A DNA stretch of 64,000 nt from an uncultured Chloroflexia bacterium (GCA_963739715.1 CAVUBN010000014.1:16791-80790); one strand, 5' to 3'; shown: positions 1-10,278, counted from the first letter of the stretch. Notes: generated by a model from the letters alone, not told the origin. A program made the numbers and translations.

Positions 1-137
1 CGCTTTGGTCGCAGTTCGAGTTTGACGTGACGATCGCTGAGGCATGATTTCAACCGCGAAGATCGCGGTCTGGGTATGGGGAAAGCCTACTGTCGCAAGC
101 CTCTCGACACTGCGTCATTCTGGTGTTCGCCGGGACT

Positions 138-839
138 CTACGCGATCAGCGACTCGATGGCCGAGAGGACCGCATCCACATCACTAAGATCGGCAAAGAG
201 GGCATCCGGCTCATGCGAAACGAGCTGGTCGAAGCTAAAGCGGCCGGTCGCCACCGCCATGACTCGTGTCTGATTGACCCTGGCAGCTTCGATATCGCGC
301 GGGGTATCACCAATCAACAGAGTCTGTCGTGGAGCGAAGTTGAGTCCGTAGTGAGACCTGGCTTCGCTCCAGGCTACCTCGACCAGATGTCCGCGTTCAC
401 GGGCGGAATCACCGAAGGCGCCGAACTCGAAGTATTGAAGGATCCCGGCGGCAGCCAGCTTGACGTGGGCCACCGAGCGGGCGTTGCCAGTCAGCACGCC
501 CAGGGCGTAGCGTTCGGTCTGCAACCGACTGGCCACCTCGATCACACCTGGCAGCACACGCTCGAGGCGATTCTGTTCGGCAATCGCTTGGGCGTAGTGT
601 TCTCCCATCATCTCGATCATTTTGGCGAGATCGGCGTCGATCTCATCCTCCGTCAGGCCATGACGGCTGAGAGACAGGCGCGCGATCTGGCTGTCGAGCA
701 TCCCTGCCAGCGGGACGCCATCGAGCGTCGCCGGTAGGCCGTAAACCTGCCTCATGGCGGAGACGAAGGCCATCTGATGATCTGTATCTCCTACCTTCAG
801 CAGTGTTCCATCGATGTCGAACAGAATCAGACCGCGCAC
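138..839 (-). CDS. HAD-superfamily hydrolase (phosphoglycolate phosphatase-like)
   Basis: 233-aa ORF. Motif I ILFDIDGTLL at the N-terminus, motif II VLTGN, motif IV LIGDTPRDI. Confidence 0.85.
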   Translation of the reverse strand: MRGLILFDIDGTLLKVGDTDHQMAFVSAMRQVYGLPATLDGVPLAGMLDSQIARLSLSRHGLTEDEIDADLAKMIEMMGEHYAQAIAEQNRLERVLPGVIEVASRLQTERYALGVLTGNARSVAHVKLAAAGILQYFEFGAFGDSARERGHLVEVAWSEARSHYGLNFAPRQTLLIGDTPRDIEAARVNQTRVMAVATGRFSFDQLVSHEPDALFADLSDVDAVLSAIESLIA

Positions 840-896
840 AGTTATCCTCCTGCGATCAGCTCTCCTGAGTAGGCAATCACCGTGGATTTACCAGGA

Positions 897-973
897 GTCA
901 TTCTAAGGCCGCAGCCAAAGAATCTCTCACGCTCACGCCAAACGAAGAGATTCCTCGCTTCGCTCGGAATGAC
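897..973. repeat. Imperfect palindromic intergenic element (GTCATTCT...GAATCTC / GAGATTC...GAATGAC), copy 1
   Basis: Inverted arms GTCATTCTAAGGCCGCAGCCAAAGAATCTCT and AGAGATTCCTCGCTTCGCTCGGAATGAC. Same family as the element at 16922-17011. Confidence 0.6.
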
Positions 974-990
974 ACATTCACGGTGGTCAA

Positions 991-2319
991 CTACTGAGCG
1001 TTACAGTACCGCGTCACGATCTCATACAGAGCCTGAGTTCCAAATTCCAGATTCGAGATCGAGATTCGCTCGTCGTGCGAGTGCGCCAGGCCAAACTCCT
1101 CCGGATGATCGCGAGTCGGCATGAAACCGTACACCTTCACCCCAGGGATGCTCCTGGCGTCCGTCCCGCCGGAGACCAGGAAGGGAACGACGGTCGCACC
1201 GGGGTCGAGCTCCGAGATCGTGCTCGAGATCGTCTCAAAAAGGGCTGAATTCGGATCGGCCTCGAGTCCCGTGGAGCCACTCGTCATCTCGACGTCGACG
1301 TCGTCGCCGATCAGTTCCCTCACTTCGTCGACGAACTTCTCCGGATCCTGCCCCGGCAGCACCCGCCCGTCAACATCGACCATCACCTCAGAGGGGATGA
1401 CGTTGATGCGATGCCCGCCATGAATGATGGTCGGAACGGCGGTGTTGCGCGTAGTCGCATAGAGGGAACGCAACTCGGCCTCACCGATCGGCAGCTTAGA
1501 CAGATTCTCCACGGTCGGATTTGCCAGGATCTGCTGAAACCGCTCGTGCTCGCTGGCGCCGAGCGCGCTGCCCATCGCGTTCAACATCTGCTGTACGGTC
1601 TGCGTCATGATGGTGGGGAACGTATGGTCGGTCAGTCGTGCCACAGCGCGTCCGGCCCGCCGCATCGCGGTGTCATCGAGTGGCACCGAAGCATGACCAG
1701 GCGCTCCACGGCCAGTCAACCGCATGCGAGCGCCACCCTTTTCACCGGTCTGGCAAAGGTAGAAGCGCTTGCCGCCAACGCTGATGGCCAGGCCGCCACC
1801 CTCGTTGATCGCGACTTCAGCGTCGATCAGGTCGCGATGGTTCTCCCACATCCAACCGGCACCGTAGCGGCCCCCCGCCTCTTCGTCGGCAAAGGTGGTC
1901 ATTATCAGATCACGGTCGAGCGTCAGGCCGGCACGCTTGATCAGCAGCATCACCATTAGCTCACAGGCGACGAGATCCTTGGTGTCGACCGCGCCGCGGC
2001 CCCAGATCTGACCGTTGGCGATGTCGCCACTGAATGGGTCGTGGGTCCACTTTTCAGGCTCGACGCTGACGACGTCGCTGTGAGCCATCAGCATAAGAGG
2101 ACGACGGCCATTGCCCGTTCCGGGAATGCGAGCCACGAAGTTGCCCCGCCCGGGCGTGCTCTCGAGCACTTTGGCCTCAATGCCTTCCCGCTCGACGATC
2201 TCGCGCAGATAGTTGGCGGCCAGGCTCTCATTTCCTGGTGGATTAACCGTGTTGAACTGGATCAGCCGCTGAAGATGTCCGGTGACCTCGTCACGGACGC
2301 TCTCCCACGAGATGTCCAT
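991..2319 (-). CDS. M20-family metallopeptidase (ArgE/DapE/dipeptidase-like)
   Basis: Motifs MAHSDVV, GRGAVDTKD, FADEEAGG. Start placed at MDISWES (ATG 2319) behind GGGAAGAGGAG. The ORF track extends to 2445. Confidence 0.85.
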   Translation of the reverse strand: MDISWESVRDEVTGHLQRLIQFNTVNPPGNESLAANYLREIVEREGIEAKVLESTPGRGNFVARIPGTGNGRRPLMLMAHSDVVSVEPEKWTHDPFSGDIANGQIWGRGAVDTKDLVACELMVMLLIKRAGLTLDRDLIMTTFADEEAGGRYGAGWMWENHRDLIDAEVAINEGGGLAISVGGKRFYLCQTGEKGGARMRLTGRGAPGHASVPLDDTAMRRAGRAVARLTDHTFPTIMTQTVQQMLNAMGSALGASEHERFQQILANPTVENLSKLPIGEAELRSLYATTRNTAVPTIIHGGHRINVIPSEVMVDVDGRVLPGQDPEKFVDEVRELIGDDVDVEMTSGSTGLEADPNSALFETISSTISELDPGATVVPFLVSGGTDARSIPGVKVYGFMPTRDHPEEFGLAHSHDERISISNLEFGTQALYEIVTRYCNAQ

Positions 2320-2817
2320 CTCCTCTTCCCTCCCGACAGCCAAACGAGACGCCTTGTTCACCGCGTCTCGCAAGCTCACGATCCAAAATTGCAAGCATGA
2401 CGATCCTACACGGGGATCGACGCATGCACAATGCGTTCCGGCCATCCCAAACGCGAGATGGGGTTCCGGTGGCGGCAGGTGCCGGCTCGATGGAACGGCT
2501 GGCGGCTGGAAGACGAAGTCAGATAATCAACACCGGCCAAGAGAAGAGAGCGGCGACCCAACTACCCCCGGTAGCCCGCATCCCGGATAGCGACGACGTC
2601 CCGGTCTGTAGCTGTTCGCATGCACGCGCAGATGCTGAGAGAAGCACCCTGACGGATCCAGTCATCAGGGCACTTTGTCCGTTCACGGCATGATGTACAT
2701 GTCAAATTACATATGCCTGCAACCTCGCTGCAATGTTCCAGCAAGAGCAGCCCATCAGACTAGGAACAACGTTAGTGGACTGCTGGTCAAAATGGGATCA
2801 GTGGATGAGGAAAGGAT

Positions 2818-2994
2818 ATGGCAGATGGCAAGCAAGCCAGGGTCTCACGAGTGGTGCGTTGCAACTGCGGAATCGAAATCCGAAGCACGGACGAGAAGTC
2901 CTCGGTCAGTTCGGTGCAGACCCACGCGCGCGAGGCGCATGAACTGAATCTGAGCGCGGAACAGGTGCGCTCAATGATGGAAATCGATCAATAG
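2818..2994 (+). CDS. Small DUF1059-like protein (58 aa)
   Basis: Not in the ORF track (under 60 aa). ATG preceded by GAGGAAAGGA. Translation is MADGKQARVSRVVRCNCGIEIRSTDEKSSVSSVQTHAREAHELNLSAEQVRSMMEIDQ, which fits the DUF1059 pattern. Confidence 0.5.
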   Translation: MADGKQARVSRVVRCNCGIEIRSTDEKSSVSSVQTHAREAHELNLSAEQVRSMMEIDQ

Positions 2995-3101
2995 CGAACT
3001 ATTCCACAAACGCGGGGTTAGAACCTACAACACGTAGCGCGATGCATTCATGATCTCTATCAGGTCGGGATCGGTGTCGCGCCGAATGACTGGGGAAGTA
3101 G

Positions 3102-4934
3102 ATGGGATTACCTTCGAAGAGAAATCAATTCAGAAACTCAACACGTTATCCGGTTCTCATCATGCTCGTAGCGATGATCGTGGGACTAGTTCCCTTCATG
3201 GCGGTGCCGCCGGTGGCCGCCGCTGGAGTGGTCGGAACGGGGACCGCGGCCAGTTGCACCGACGCAGCTCTCGACCGAGCCCTCGCTGGAGGAGGGCATA
3301 TCAGCTTCAACTGTGGCAGCGTGCTGACTACGATCATGATCACCCGCACCATTGCTATTCATCACGACATAGCGATTGACGGTGGTGGGCTCATTGCGTT
3401 GAGCGGCGAAAACGTGCATTTAGTCATGAGCATTGAACGTGGCGCGCACGTGAACCTGAAAGGGCTGACTATCGAGGACGGGCACGGTCTCGACGGTGGT
3501 GGGATCTTCAATTTCAACGGAATACTGACTATTAAGAATTGCAAGTTCCTTAATAACAAGTCGCTACGGGGAGGAGCGATCTACAACTGGACGCGATCGC
3601 AACTCCGGATCACCGGCTCCTTCTTCAATGATAACCACGCGGTCGCTCGCGCCCATCACCCCAATGCAGAAGGCGGCGCGATCTTCAACGCTCCAGGAGC
3701 TACTCTGGGCGTCGAAGGTACCACGTTCGCAAAGAACGATGCGTATCTGGGTGGCGCCATCTTCAGTGGCGCTCGATCCTCAACGCGAATCAACAACGGA
3801 ACCTTTCAGGCGAATCACGCTGGTCGGGAGGGTGGTGCCATCTGGAATCAGGGCAACATCAAGATCGCGCAGAGCCATTTCACCGAGAATCACTCAGACG
3901 ATCTCGGCGGAGCGATCATGAACACCGGTCATGGCGATCCTCCTGGACTTCCATCCGTCTATACAGGACACATGACGATCGATCACTCAGAACTGAGCAG
4001 CAATTCATCTCATCTATACGGTGGCGCTGTCGAGAATGACGGGATCATCACTATTACGCACAGCACGATATCCGGTAACTCTTCTGAGGGAGGAGCTGGC
4101 GTGGCCAGCTTCGGTAGCGCCACACTTGAGTACGACACAATAACAGGCAACCGCGCGACCGCGTATGCTGGCGGCGTTGGATTCAATGATCCCCATACTG
4201 GCGGGTCAATCGCCTTTAGCACGATCAGCGGAAATTCGGCCGGCTCTGGAGGTGGAATCTACGTCGGGCCAGGCGTCGGCTTGGTCATTAGCTCATCGAC
4301 CGTTACGACAAATACGGCCGTTCACATCGGAGGCGGATTGTATATAGACCGCTACACAGCCGGTGATTTGGCGGGCAACATCGGATCAGTGGATTTCTGG
4401 AACAGCACGATGTCGGGAAACTCTGCTGGCGACACGGGCGGCGGCATCGAATCTCGAGGGAGCCTAGACATCGAATCAAGCACGATCGTCGAGAACAGGG
4501 CACCAACTGCCGCCCAGTTGGACGATTCTTGCGGACACTGCGGCATCCCCCGGGGCCTTACGGACGGGCCCATCCACCTTCATCCGCGGATACTCCAGAT
4601 GCTGGATACGATCATCGCACAAAGCCCGCCTGGAGAAGACAACTGTCGCATCACCTACTATTGGACCGATATGGGCCACAACCTCAGCGACGATCGCTCC
4701 TGTTTCGCCACGGTCAGTGGGTCAGCATCGACCGATCAGGTGGTGTCGTCGGTCATGCTTGGTCCCCTAGCCGACAACACCGGCCCAACACAGACGCATC
4801 TCCCACAGTTTGGCAGCCCGGCCATAGACCATGGCACCTGCAAGTTTGAAGAAGATCAGCGAGGCGTCGCTCGCCCACAAGGTGGAGGATGCGACATCGG
4901 GTCGGTTGAAGCCGCGAAGCTGAACAAACCCTAG
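3102..4934 (+). CDS. Secreted right-handed beta-helix repeat protein (Pmp-type GGAI-FxN repeats, choice-of-anchor-Q-like C-terminus)
   Basis: Signal-anchor LIMLVAMIVGLVPFMAVPPVAAA. Many GGAIFN/GGAIYN/GGAIWN/GGAIMN repeats. C-terminal DQRGVARPQGGGCDIGSVEA motif. Confidence 0.8.
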   Translation: MGLPSKRNQFRNSTRYPVLIMLVAMIVGLVPFMAVPPVAAAGVVGTGTAASCTDAALDRALAGGGHISFNCGSVLTTIMITRTIAIHHDIAIDGGGLIALSGENVHLVMSIERGAHVNLKGLTIEDGHGLDGGGIFNFNGILTIKNCKFLNNKSLRGGAIYNWTRSQLRITGSFFNDNHAVARAHHPNAEGGAIFNAPGATLGVEGTTFAKNDAYLGGAIFSGARSSTRINNGTFQANHAGREGGAIWNQGNIKIAQSHFTENHSDDLGGAIMNTGHGDPPGLPSVYTGHMTIDHSELSSNSSHLYGGAVENDGIITITHSTISGNSSEGGAGVASFGSATLEYDTITGNRATAYAGGVGFNDPHTGGSIAFSTISGNSAGSGGGIYVGPGVGLVISSSTVTTNTAVHIGGGLYIDRYTAGDLAGNIGSVDFWNSTMSGNSAGDTGGGIESRGSLDIESSTIVENRAPTAAQLDDSCGHCGIPRGLTDGPIHLHPRILQMLDTIIAQSPPGEDNCRITYYWTDMGHNLSDDRSCFATVSGSASTDQVVSSVMLGPLADNTGPTQTHLPQFGSPAIDHGTCKFEEDQRGVARPQGGGCDIGSVEAAKLNKP

Positions 4935-5094
4935 CTCGCGATCGCAGAGACCACCATGGAGAGGCCGGATTGGCCTCTCCATACCGGAGGGCATCGGCTG
5001 CCGGTGGTTCCTACTATCGAACCAATGACGAACCCCTCAGCCAACGACGTAGAGCTTGATGGTCGTGAACAAGAGAGCTCTGTTCAGAAAGGCA

Positions 5095-5613
5095 ATGGAC
5101 AACATGATCCGAAGACGATTTCGTTTCCTGACACTCGTCAGCCTGGTTGCGCTGATTGGAGCAGTACTTGTTCCAGGCGCTGGAACGGCGCTGGCCGATC
5201 CCGCTCCCTGCGTTATTCGAACCGGGATCCCGTATGGGATCTGGCCCCACATCGCGACACGAGGTGCGTGTGTGACCGCACGTGTGCGTGTTCCATCAGA
5301 GTCGTATGGCAGCCATCCCAGCATAGGACTGGCAATTTCCGACTTCCCTTTAACATATGGCAGTACAGTCGAATTGGAGATTCCGATGAACGCCGACGGC
5401 TATGGAACCTTCAGGGTTCCGGATGCGGTGCCATATGGGCTAAACGAAGTGGACATGGATGTGATCGAGCAAAACGGGGTTGTAGTCTTGGGGCCGAATG
5501 AGCATCTCTACGTTGTCTCCGTGTTGCCGGACTTTTCGAAGATTCTTCCGGTCACCCCGCGGCCGATCTACCCTCCGCCATTCGGATTCAATCCACCGCC
5601 TGTACCGAGATAG
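5095..5613 (+). CDS. Secreted hypothetical protein with proline-rich C-terminal tail
   Basis: Signal peptide MIRRRFRFLTLVSLVALIGAVLVPGAGTALA/DP. Tail is PRPIYPPPFGFNPPPVPR. Paralogous to the next ORF. Confidence 0.55.
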   Translation: MDNMIRRRFRFLTLVSLVALIGAVLVPGAGTALADPAPCVIRTGIPYGIWPHIATRGACVTARVRVPSESYGSHPSIGLAISDFPLTYGSTVELEIPMNADGYGTFRVPDAVPYGLNEVDMDVIEQNGVVVLGPNEHLYVVSVLPDFSKILPVTPRPIYPPPFGFNPPPVPR

Positions 5614-5655
5614 CCGTAATTCAGGCACTCAGGCGGCCAAAGTGGGCTGAAGCGA

Positions 5656-6081
5656 GTGATGCGATTCGGTTGGCCTGATCACATGACGAGAACCTTCGAG
5701 AGATATGTGTCACGAGGAACGTGTGTCACCCTCTATTTGCTGGAAGATTATGACTACTGGCACGTCAACGCCGTTGTGACGATCGAAGGCGATCCGGGTC
5801 CTATCAATCTCGACATGCTGCCGGACGGATCAGGTGGGTACCGGACGGCGTTCAGAATTTCGTCTGATTTGTCGTACGGCTGGCATGCGGTGGCTGTTGT
5901 ATTCCATCTCTACTCCACGCCGAACGACCAATCTCCGAGCCTGTTCACTGAGGACTCCCTCATTCTCGTCACGCCGGCGTTCTTCTCGCCCTCACAGTTC
6001 TGGCCGGTTATTCCGGCGCCGAAGCCGTATCCGATTCCACCGCTCAATCTGAACCGGCCGTTCTTTCCGGGTCGGCCGTGA
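5656..6081 (+). CDS. Hypothetical protein, paralog of 5095-5613 lacking a signal peptide
   Basis: Shared blocks: SRGTCVT vs TRGACVT, DGSGGYRTAF vs DGYGTFRV, and the tail PVIPAPKPYPIPPLNLNRPFFPGRP. Confidence 0.5.
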   Translation: MMRFGWPDHMTRTFERYVSRGTCVTLYLLEDYDYWHVNAVVTIEGDPGPINLDMLPDGSGGYRTAFRISSDLSYGWHAVAVVFHLYSTPNDQSPSLFTEDSLILVTPAFFSPSQFWPVIPAPKPYPIPPLNLNRPFFPGRP

Positions 6082-6837
6082 GCAACTGCGAGGCGGCAGG
6101 TACCGCTATCTAAGGTAGAGCACGAAGGTTATCCGTGTTGTCGAGTAGAAGGTGGATTCCCTGCCGCCACGATCGTCACTCAGGGCAGCAGGATCGCGAC
6201 GATCGTGCTGCCAAAGACCAGGCAAAGTACGGCGACCAAATACAGGAAGCTGTTAACTGCGTTACTGATCGAGTGACCGCTAACATCGGTCCAGATGGTG
6301 GAGTTGTTGACCACATCGGCGTTCAGGTTATAGCCCTGCGATCCGGCGTGTCAGGTTGGACAGTATCGGCTGAGAGGAAGCGACCGGGCGCCAACGACAA
6401 GCCACTCTGGGAGCGAATCGTTCCGAAGATCTCGCATTCGGCAGTTCGCAAGGTTCCCCGGCACATTGAAATCAATCGTCTGACGCGGTGTGCTCATCAT
6501 ATCGGCGCAGATATCTGTGGTACCCAATCACACGGTAAACGCGATGTTTACCAGACGTTCACCGACCGTTCACCATATGCCACCCTCGGGTAACCGGCGT
6601 CTGGAATAGTAGTGAGTATCAATCTGTTTTCAGGCAATTCTGAGCAGATAATAGATTGACGCTTGAGGCCCGCCGCCCGAAAGACAAGTGTTGATCGAGC
6701 GTGCCTCGACCTTGCGCGTGATGACGGGGGTCACCAGACGACCATCTGGATGGTCATCTGCTTAGCCTCATAGATCTAACGTGACCGGTTGAACGAACCG
6801 GCTAACCGGTCGCGCTCGTGAACCAAGGAGTACGCCG

Positions 6838-7563
6838 TTGACCATGACCGCTCGTGTCACCGATACGTCACCACGCAGCCTTGCACGGTTCGCTGGACTG
6901 CTGTATCTGATCCTGGCCATTTGCGGCGGATTCGCCGAGTTTTTTGTTCGCCAGAATCTCGTTACGCCTGGAGACGCCACCGCTACCGCCAAGAACATCC
7001 TGGATTCTGAGACGCTCTTTCGACTTGGTATTGTGAGCGAACTGATCGGCCAGTCGGTATTCGTGCTGCTCGTTCTGGCGCTGTATCGACTACTCAAGCC
7101 GGTGAACAGAAACCATGCGTTGCTGATGGTGGTTCTGGCCTCAATCGCCGTGGCGACAACGAGCATCAACATGCTGAATCAGTTCGGCGCGTTGCTGGTT
7201 TTGAAGGGTGATGCCTACCTATCCGTATTCAATGCAGAACAACTGCGTGCGTTGTCGTTGCTGTTTCTCGAGCTTCATGACGCAGGATATGCTATCGCTC
7301 AGGTATTCTTTGGACTGTGGTTACTCCCGCTTGGATACCTGGTCTATCGCTCAGGTTTCCTCCCAAGAATTCTGGGTGTATTACTGATCGTTGCATGTTT
7401 CGGCTACGTCATAGATGTCTTCACATTCTTCCTCTTCCCGACGTTTGACGTGGTCATCAGCGAGTTCACGTTTGTTGGGGAGTTGCTCCTCCTGCTTTGG
7501 CTGCTGGTGAAAGGCGTCAACGTCGAGAGATGGAACGAACGCGCCATTGGATCCGCTGCATAG
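6838..7563 (+). CDS. DUF4386-like integral membrane protein
   Basis: N-terminus SLARFAGLLYLILAICGGFAEFFVR followed by about 6 hydrophobic helices. Confidence 0.75.
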   Translation: MTMTARVTDTSPRSLARFAGLLYLILAICGGFAEFFVRQNLVTPGDATATAKNILDSETLFRLGIVSELIGQSVFVLLVLALYRLLKPVNRNHALLMVVLASIAVATTSINMLNQFGALLVLKGDAYLSVFNAEQLRALSLLFLELHDAGYAIAQVFFGLWLLPLGYLVYRSGFLPRILGVLLIVACFGYVIDVFTFFLFPTFDVVISEFTFVGELLLLLWLLVKGVNVERWNERAIGSAA

Positions 7564-8074
7564 GCTCCCTGTCATGTAGATGGGGACGATGACACGAGCG
7601 GGATTCGAGAGCCAATTGCCGCAGAACTCACGCGCGACAGCGGATATCCGGCCGGGACAGACCATCCCGGTCGGGAGCCCCACGAAAGCCCACGCAAAAG
7701 ACTAGAGCCAGCACACGCCACGTAGGGAAAGCGGCAGCGATGACGATAATTATGTTATGCTCTGGGTTCTGGCAAGCTCTGATGGATCGGACACCGATCC
7801 ACAATCCACTGTTACAGCACTCGTTGACACGACGAACTGACCAGTCGCAGATGGTGAAATCAGTGGCAGCACACGACAGTGTTCCGAGACCTGTCGCCAC
7901 CATCGGCCGATCCCGGAGCCACTCGACGTTCGACGGCGGTTGAAGGAGATCGGTTCGGCGCGGCTCGGTACCAATCAGTGTGTATCGACGAAAGCCATCA
8001 TACGCTAGACCGGTTTCCACGGGACTGCGTTCAACATCGTCGTATGAGAATCAGTCCTTCGGGAGCCAGGCTGA

Positions 8075-9385
8075 ATGTTATCGCAGCTCAGATTACTCCA
8101 GCAGCGTCGACAAACGCAGATCGACGACCGTCTAGCCCTTGATTTTCAAGCTATCGGCAACGTCGCTACCTTGTCCGAAAGTCTGATCCCGCACGCGCTC
8201 ACCATGCTGCGCTGGGGGATTCTGGTAGCGACATTGGCTGTCACGCTCGCCTGGTCCTTCGATACACGGGTCCATTACCCTGTGTGGATCCTGGTGATCG
8301 GCTTCATCGGCTACAACCTCATCGCCGAAATACTGCGTCGCAAGACACAGGTATTTGGCTCGTTCGCCGCCATCGCACTGCTCGATCTTCCCTTTGCCGT
8401 GCTCGCCTATTGCCTCGATGAAGCACCGGGCGGACCACTTTTCATCATCTTTTTCCTCGGAATTATTTCAGCTGGTATGAGCATGACGACGAGGAATGCC
8501 GGTATTTATGTCGGTATCACCGTCGCGAGTTTTGCCATCATTGGAATTATCTTTCCAGGTTGGTCATTGTCGGAAACAGAGCTGCGGCAGCTCGGATCAC
8601 GGCTGATTGTGTTGTTGTCAGTCAGTGTCGGGACGATCCTGGTACGACGTCAACTGCTGTTGGAACGAAAGCATGCCATCCGGCTGAGCGAACTCGACCG
8701 CCGACGCACTGAGTTCATCGAGAGTCTGTCACACGACCTAAAAACGCCGTTTACATCAATACGGGCCGGGCTGGGGATGCTTGCGGAGCAGATTGAGGGT
8801 CGCCTTGAAATCAATGAACAGGGTTTGCTCAATAACGTTCGCCGGAACGTCGACCGATTGGGCATTCAGATCGACAATCTCCTGCTGCTGAATCAGCTCG
8901 ACAGTGGCACGTTGCAGCCAGATATGGAGCTACTCGATCTGCGTGGTCCGGTGAATGCAGCGGTCTCAACTGTACGGTTACTCATCAAAGAGAAGCGCCA
9001 AGAACTGGCGATGTCACTTCCGACGCCATTGCCGGTCTACGGTGATCCGTCGATGCTCGAACAGCTCATCGTCAACCTGCTCGTCAACGCCCATCGGCAT
9101 ACGCCAGCCGGTACACTGATCACAATCGCGGGAACGATCCATCACGCAGGGATCGCGCTGCGGGTGAGCGATACCGGACCAGGCATCAGTGCTGCCGACC
9201 AGAAACACATCTTCAAGCGTCATTACCGACGTGGGAAAGTGGGTGGTGGATCAGGGCTCGGGCTCGCCATTGTCGAAGCGTTCGCCACCTTCCATCACGG
9301 ACAAGTGGTCGTCGAGAGTCAGCTAGGAAATGGCACCGCGTTTGTCGTGACCATTCCAGTGGCCGGGGCAGATATCAATTCATGA
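8075..9385 (+). CDS. Membrane sensor histidine kinase
   Basis: N-terminal TM helices. H-box ESLSHDLKTP, N-box LLVNAHRHTP, G1 SDTGPGI, G2 GGSGLGLAIV. Confidence 0.9.
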   Translation: MLSQLRLLQQRRQTQIDDRLALDFQAIGNVATLSESLIPHALTMLRWGILVATLAVTLAWSFDTRVHYPVWILVIGFIGYNLIAEILRRKTQVFGSFAAIALLDLPFAVLAYCLDEAPGGPLFIIFFLGIISAGMSMTTRNAGIYVGITVASFAIIGIIFPGWSLSETELRQLGSRLIVLLSVSVGTILVRRQLLLERKHAIRLSELDRRRTEFIESLSHDLKTPFTSIRAGLGMLAEQIEGRLEINEQGLLNNVRRNVDRLGIQIDNLLLLNQLDSGTLQPDMELLDLRGPVNAAVSTVRLLIKEKRQELAMSLPTPLPVYGDPSMLEQLIVNLLVNAHRHTPAGTLITIAGTIHHAGIALRVSDTGPGISAADQKHIFKRHYRRGKVGGGSGLGLAIVEAFATFHHGQVVVESQLGNGTAFVVTIPVAGADINS

Positions 9386-10086
9386 GATTCCTGATTGCCG
9401 ACGACGAGCCGGATATCGCCGAGATTGTTGCCTTTGCCGTACGCATGAGCTGGCCGAACTGCGAGGTTGTCCAGGCCACGAGCGGCGCGGATGCGCTCGA
9501 ACGATTCAGTGAGGCAACCCCGGATCTCGTCATTCTGGACGTGTCCATGCCACCACCGGACGGCTTCGAGGTCTGCCGAAAGATCCGTGAGTCTTCGGAT
9601 GTTCCCATACTGATGCTCACGGTGCGGCGTAACACGCTCGACAAGGTACGCGCGCTCGACCTGGGAGCCGACGACTACCTGGTCAAGCCGTTCGACCACG
9701 TGGAGTTGATGGCGCGCCTGCGTGCGCTCCTGCGGCGTGCACATGGAGGGCAGGCGAGAGTCGAACAGCACTTCTCCGCGGGCGAGCTTTCCATCGATTA
9801 CGCTTCCCATGAGGTCCGATTGAACGGTGAGGTCGTCCCACTCACTCATACCGAGTACCGGCTGCTCGAAGAACTTGTGCGCCACGCTGGGAAGATAATG
9901 CCCCATCAATTGCTTCTCGACCGGGTCTGGGGAAGTGAATGGATCACGGACCAACGCTATCTCAAAGTGTTCATCCGACGGCTCCGCCAGAAGCTCGGCG
10001 ACGCTGCCGAGAACCCACGCTACATTCGCACAGAGCGCGGCATTGGCTACCGTTTCATCCTGCCGCCGGCGCTGCCTTCAATCTGA
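9382..10086 (+). CDS. OmpR-family response regulator
   Basis: ATGA overlap with the kinase gene. Receiver motifs ADDEPDI, LVILDVSMP, KPF. Winged-helix motif RTERGIGYRF. Confidence 0.92.
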   Translation: MRFLIADDEPDIAEIVAFAVRMSWPNCEVVQATSGADALERFSEATPDLVILDVSMPPPDGFEVCRKIRESSDVPILMLTVRRNTLDKVRALDLGADDYLVKPFDHVELMARLRALLRRAHGGQARVEQHFSAGELSIDYASHEVRLNGEVVPLTHTEYRLLEELVRHAGKIMPHQLLLDRVWGSEWITDQRYLKVFIRRLRQKLGDAAENPRYIRTERGIGYRFILPPALPSI

Positions 10087-10278
10087 TTCCACCCATCCAG
10101 ACGTCTCATGAGAATCCACCCGCGGTATCTACCGGGCTCAACAGCACACGCCCGTGCTTCAATCTCAGAAGATGAAGGAACCAAACACGGTCAATATTGC
10201 CTTCAACCGACAATGCTGACGGGGCTGACCTGACGGTAGCTCCGTCCACCCACTTCGAAGACGACGTTTTATGGCCTG

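Noticed and set aside
6351-6353. In-frame TGA after YCPT as a possible selenocysteine codon
   Set aside because: In Sec-containing peroxiredoxins the Sec replaces the peroxidatic Cys, not the residue after CPT. The downstream hairpin is imperfect and lacks a recognisable SECIS apical loop. No sel genes are in the window. A nonsense mutation is the simpler reading.
6135-6593. Plus-strand 152-aa ORF in the gap between the Pro-tail paralogs and the DUF4386 gene
   Set aside because: The translation is Arg/His/Asp-rich with no recognisable motif, RBS or family. The opposite strand shows an equally long, interrupted protein-like frame. I do not call it as a gene.
7628-8020. Minus-strand 130-aa ORF in the 510-bp gap upstream of the histidine kinase
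   Set aside because: It has no RBS or motif and odd composition, and overlapping ORFs of similar length exist in other frames. Evidence is insufficient to call it.
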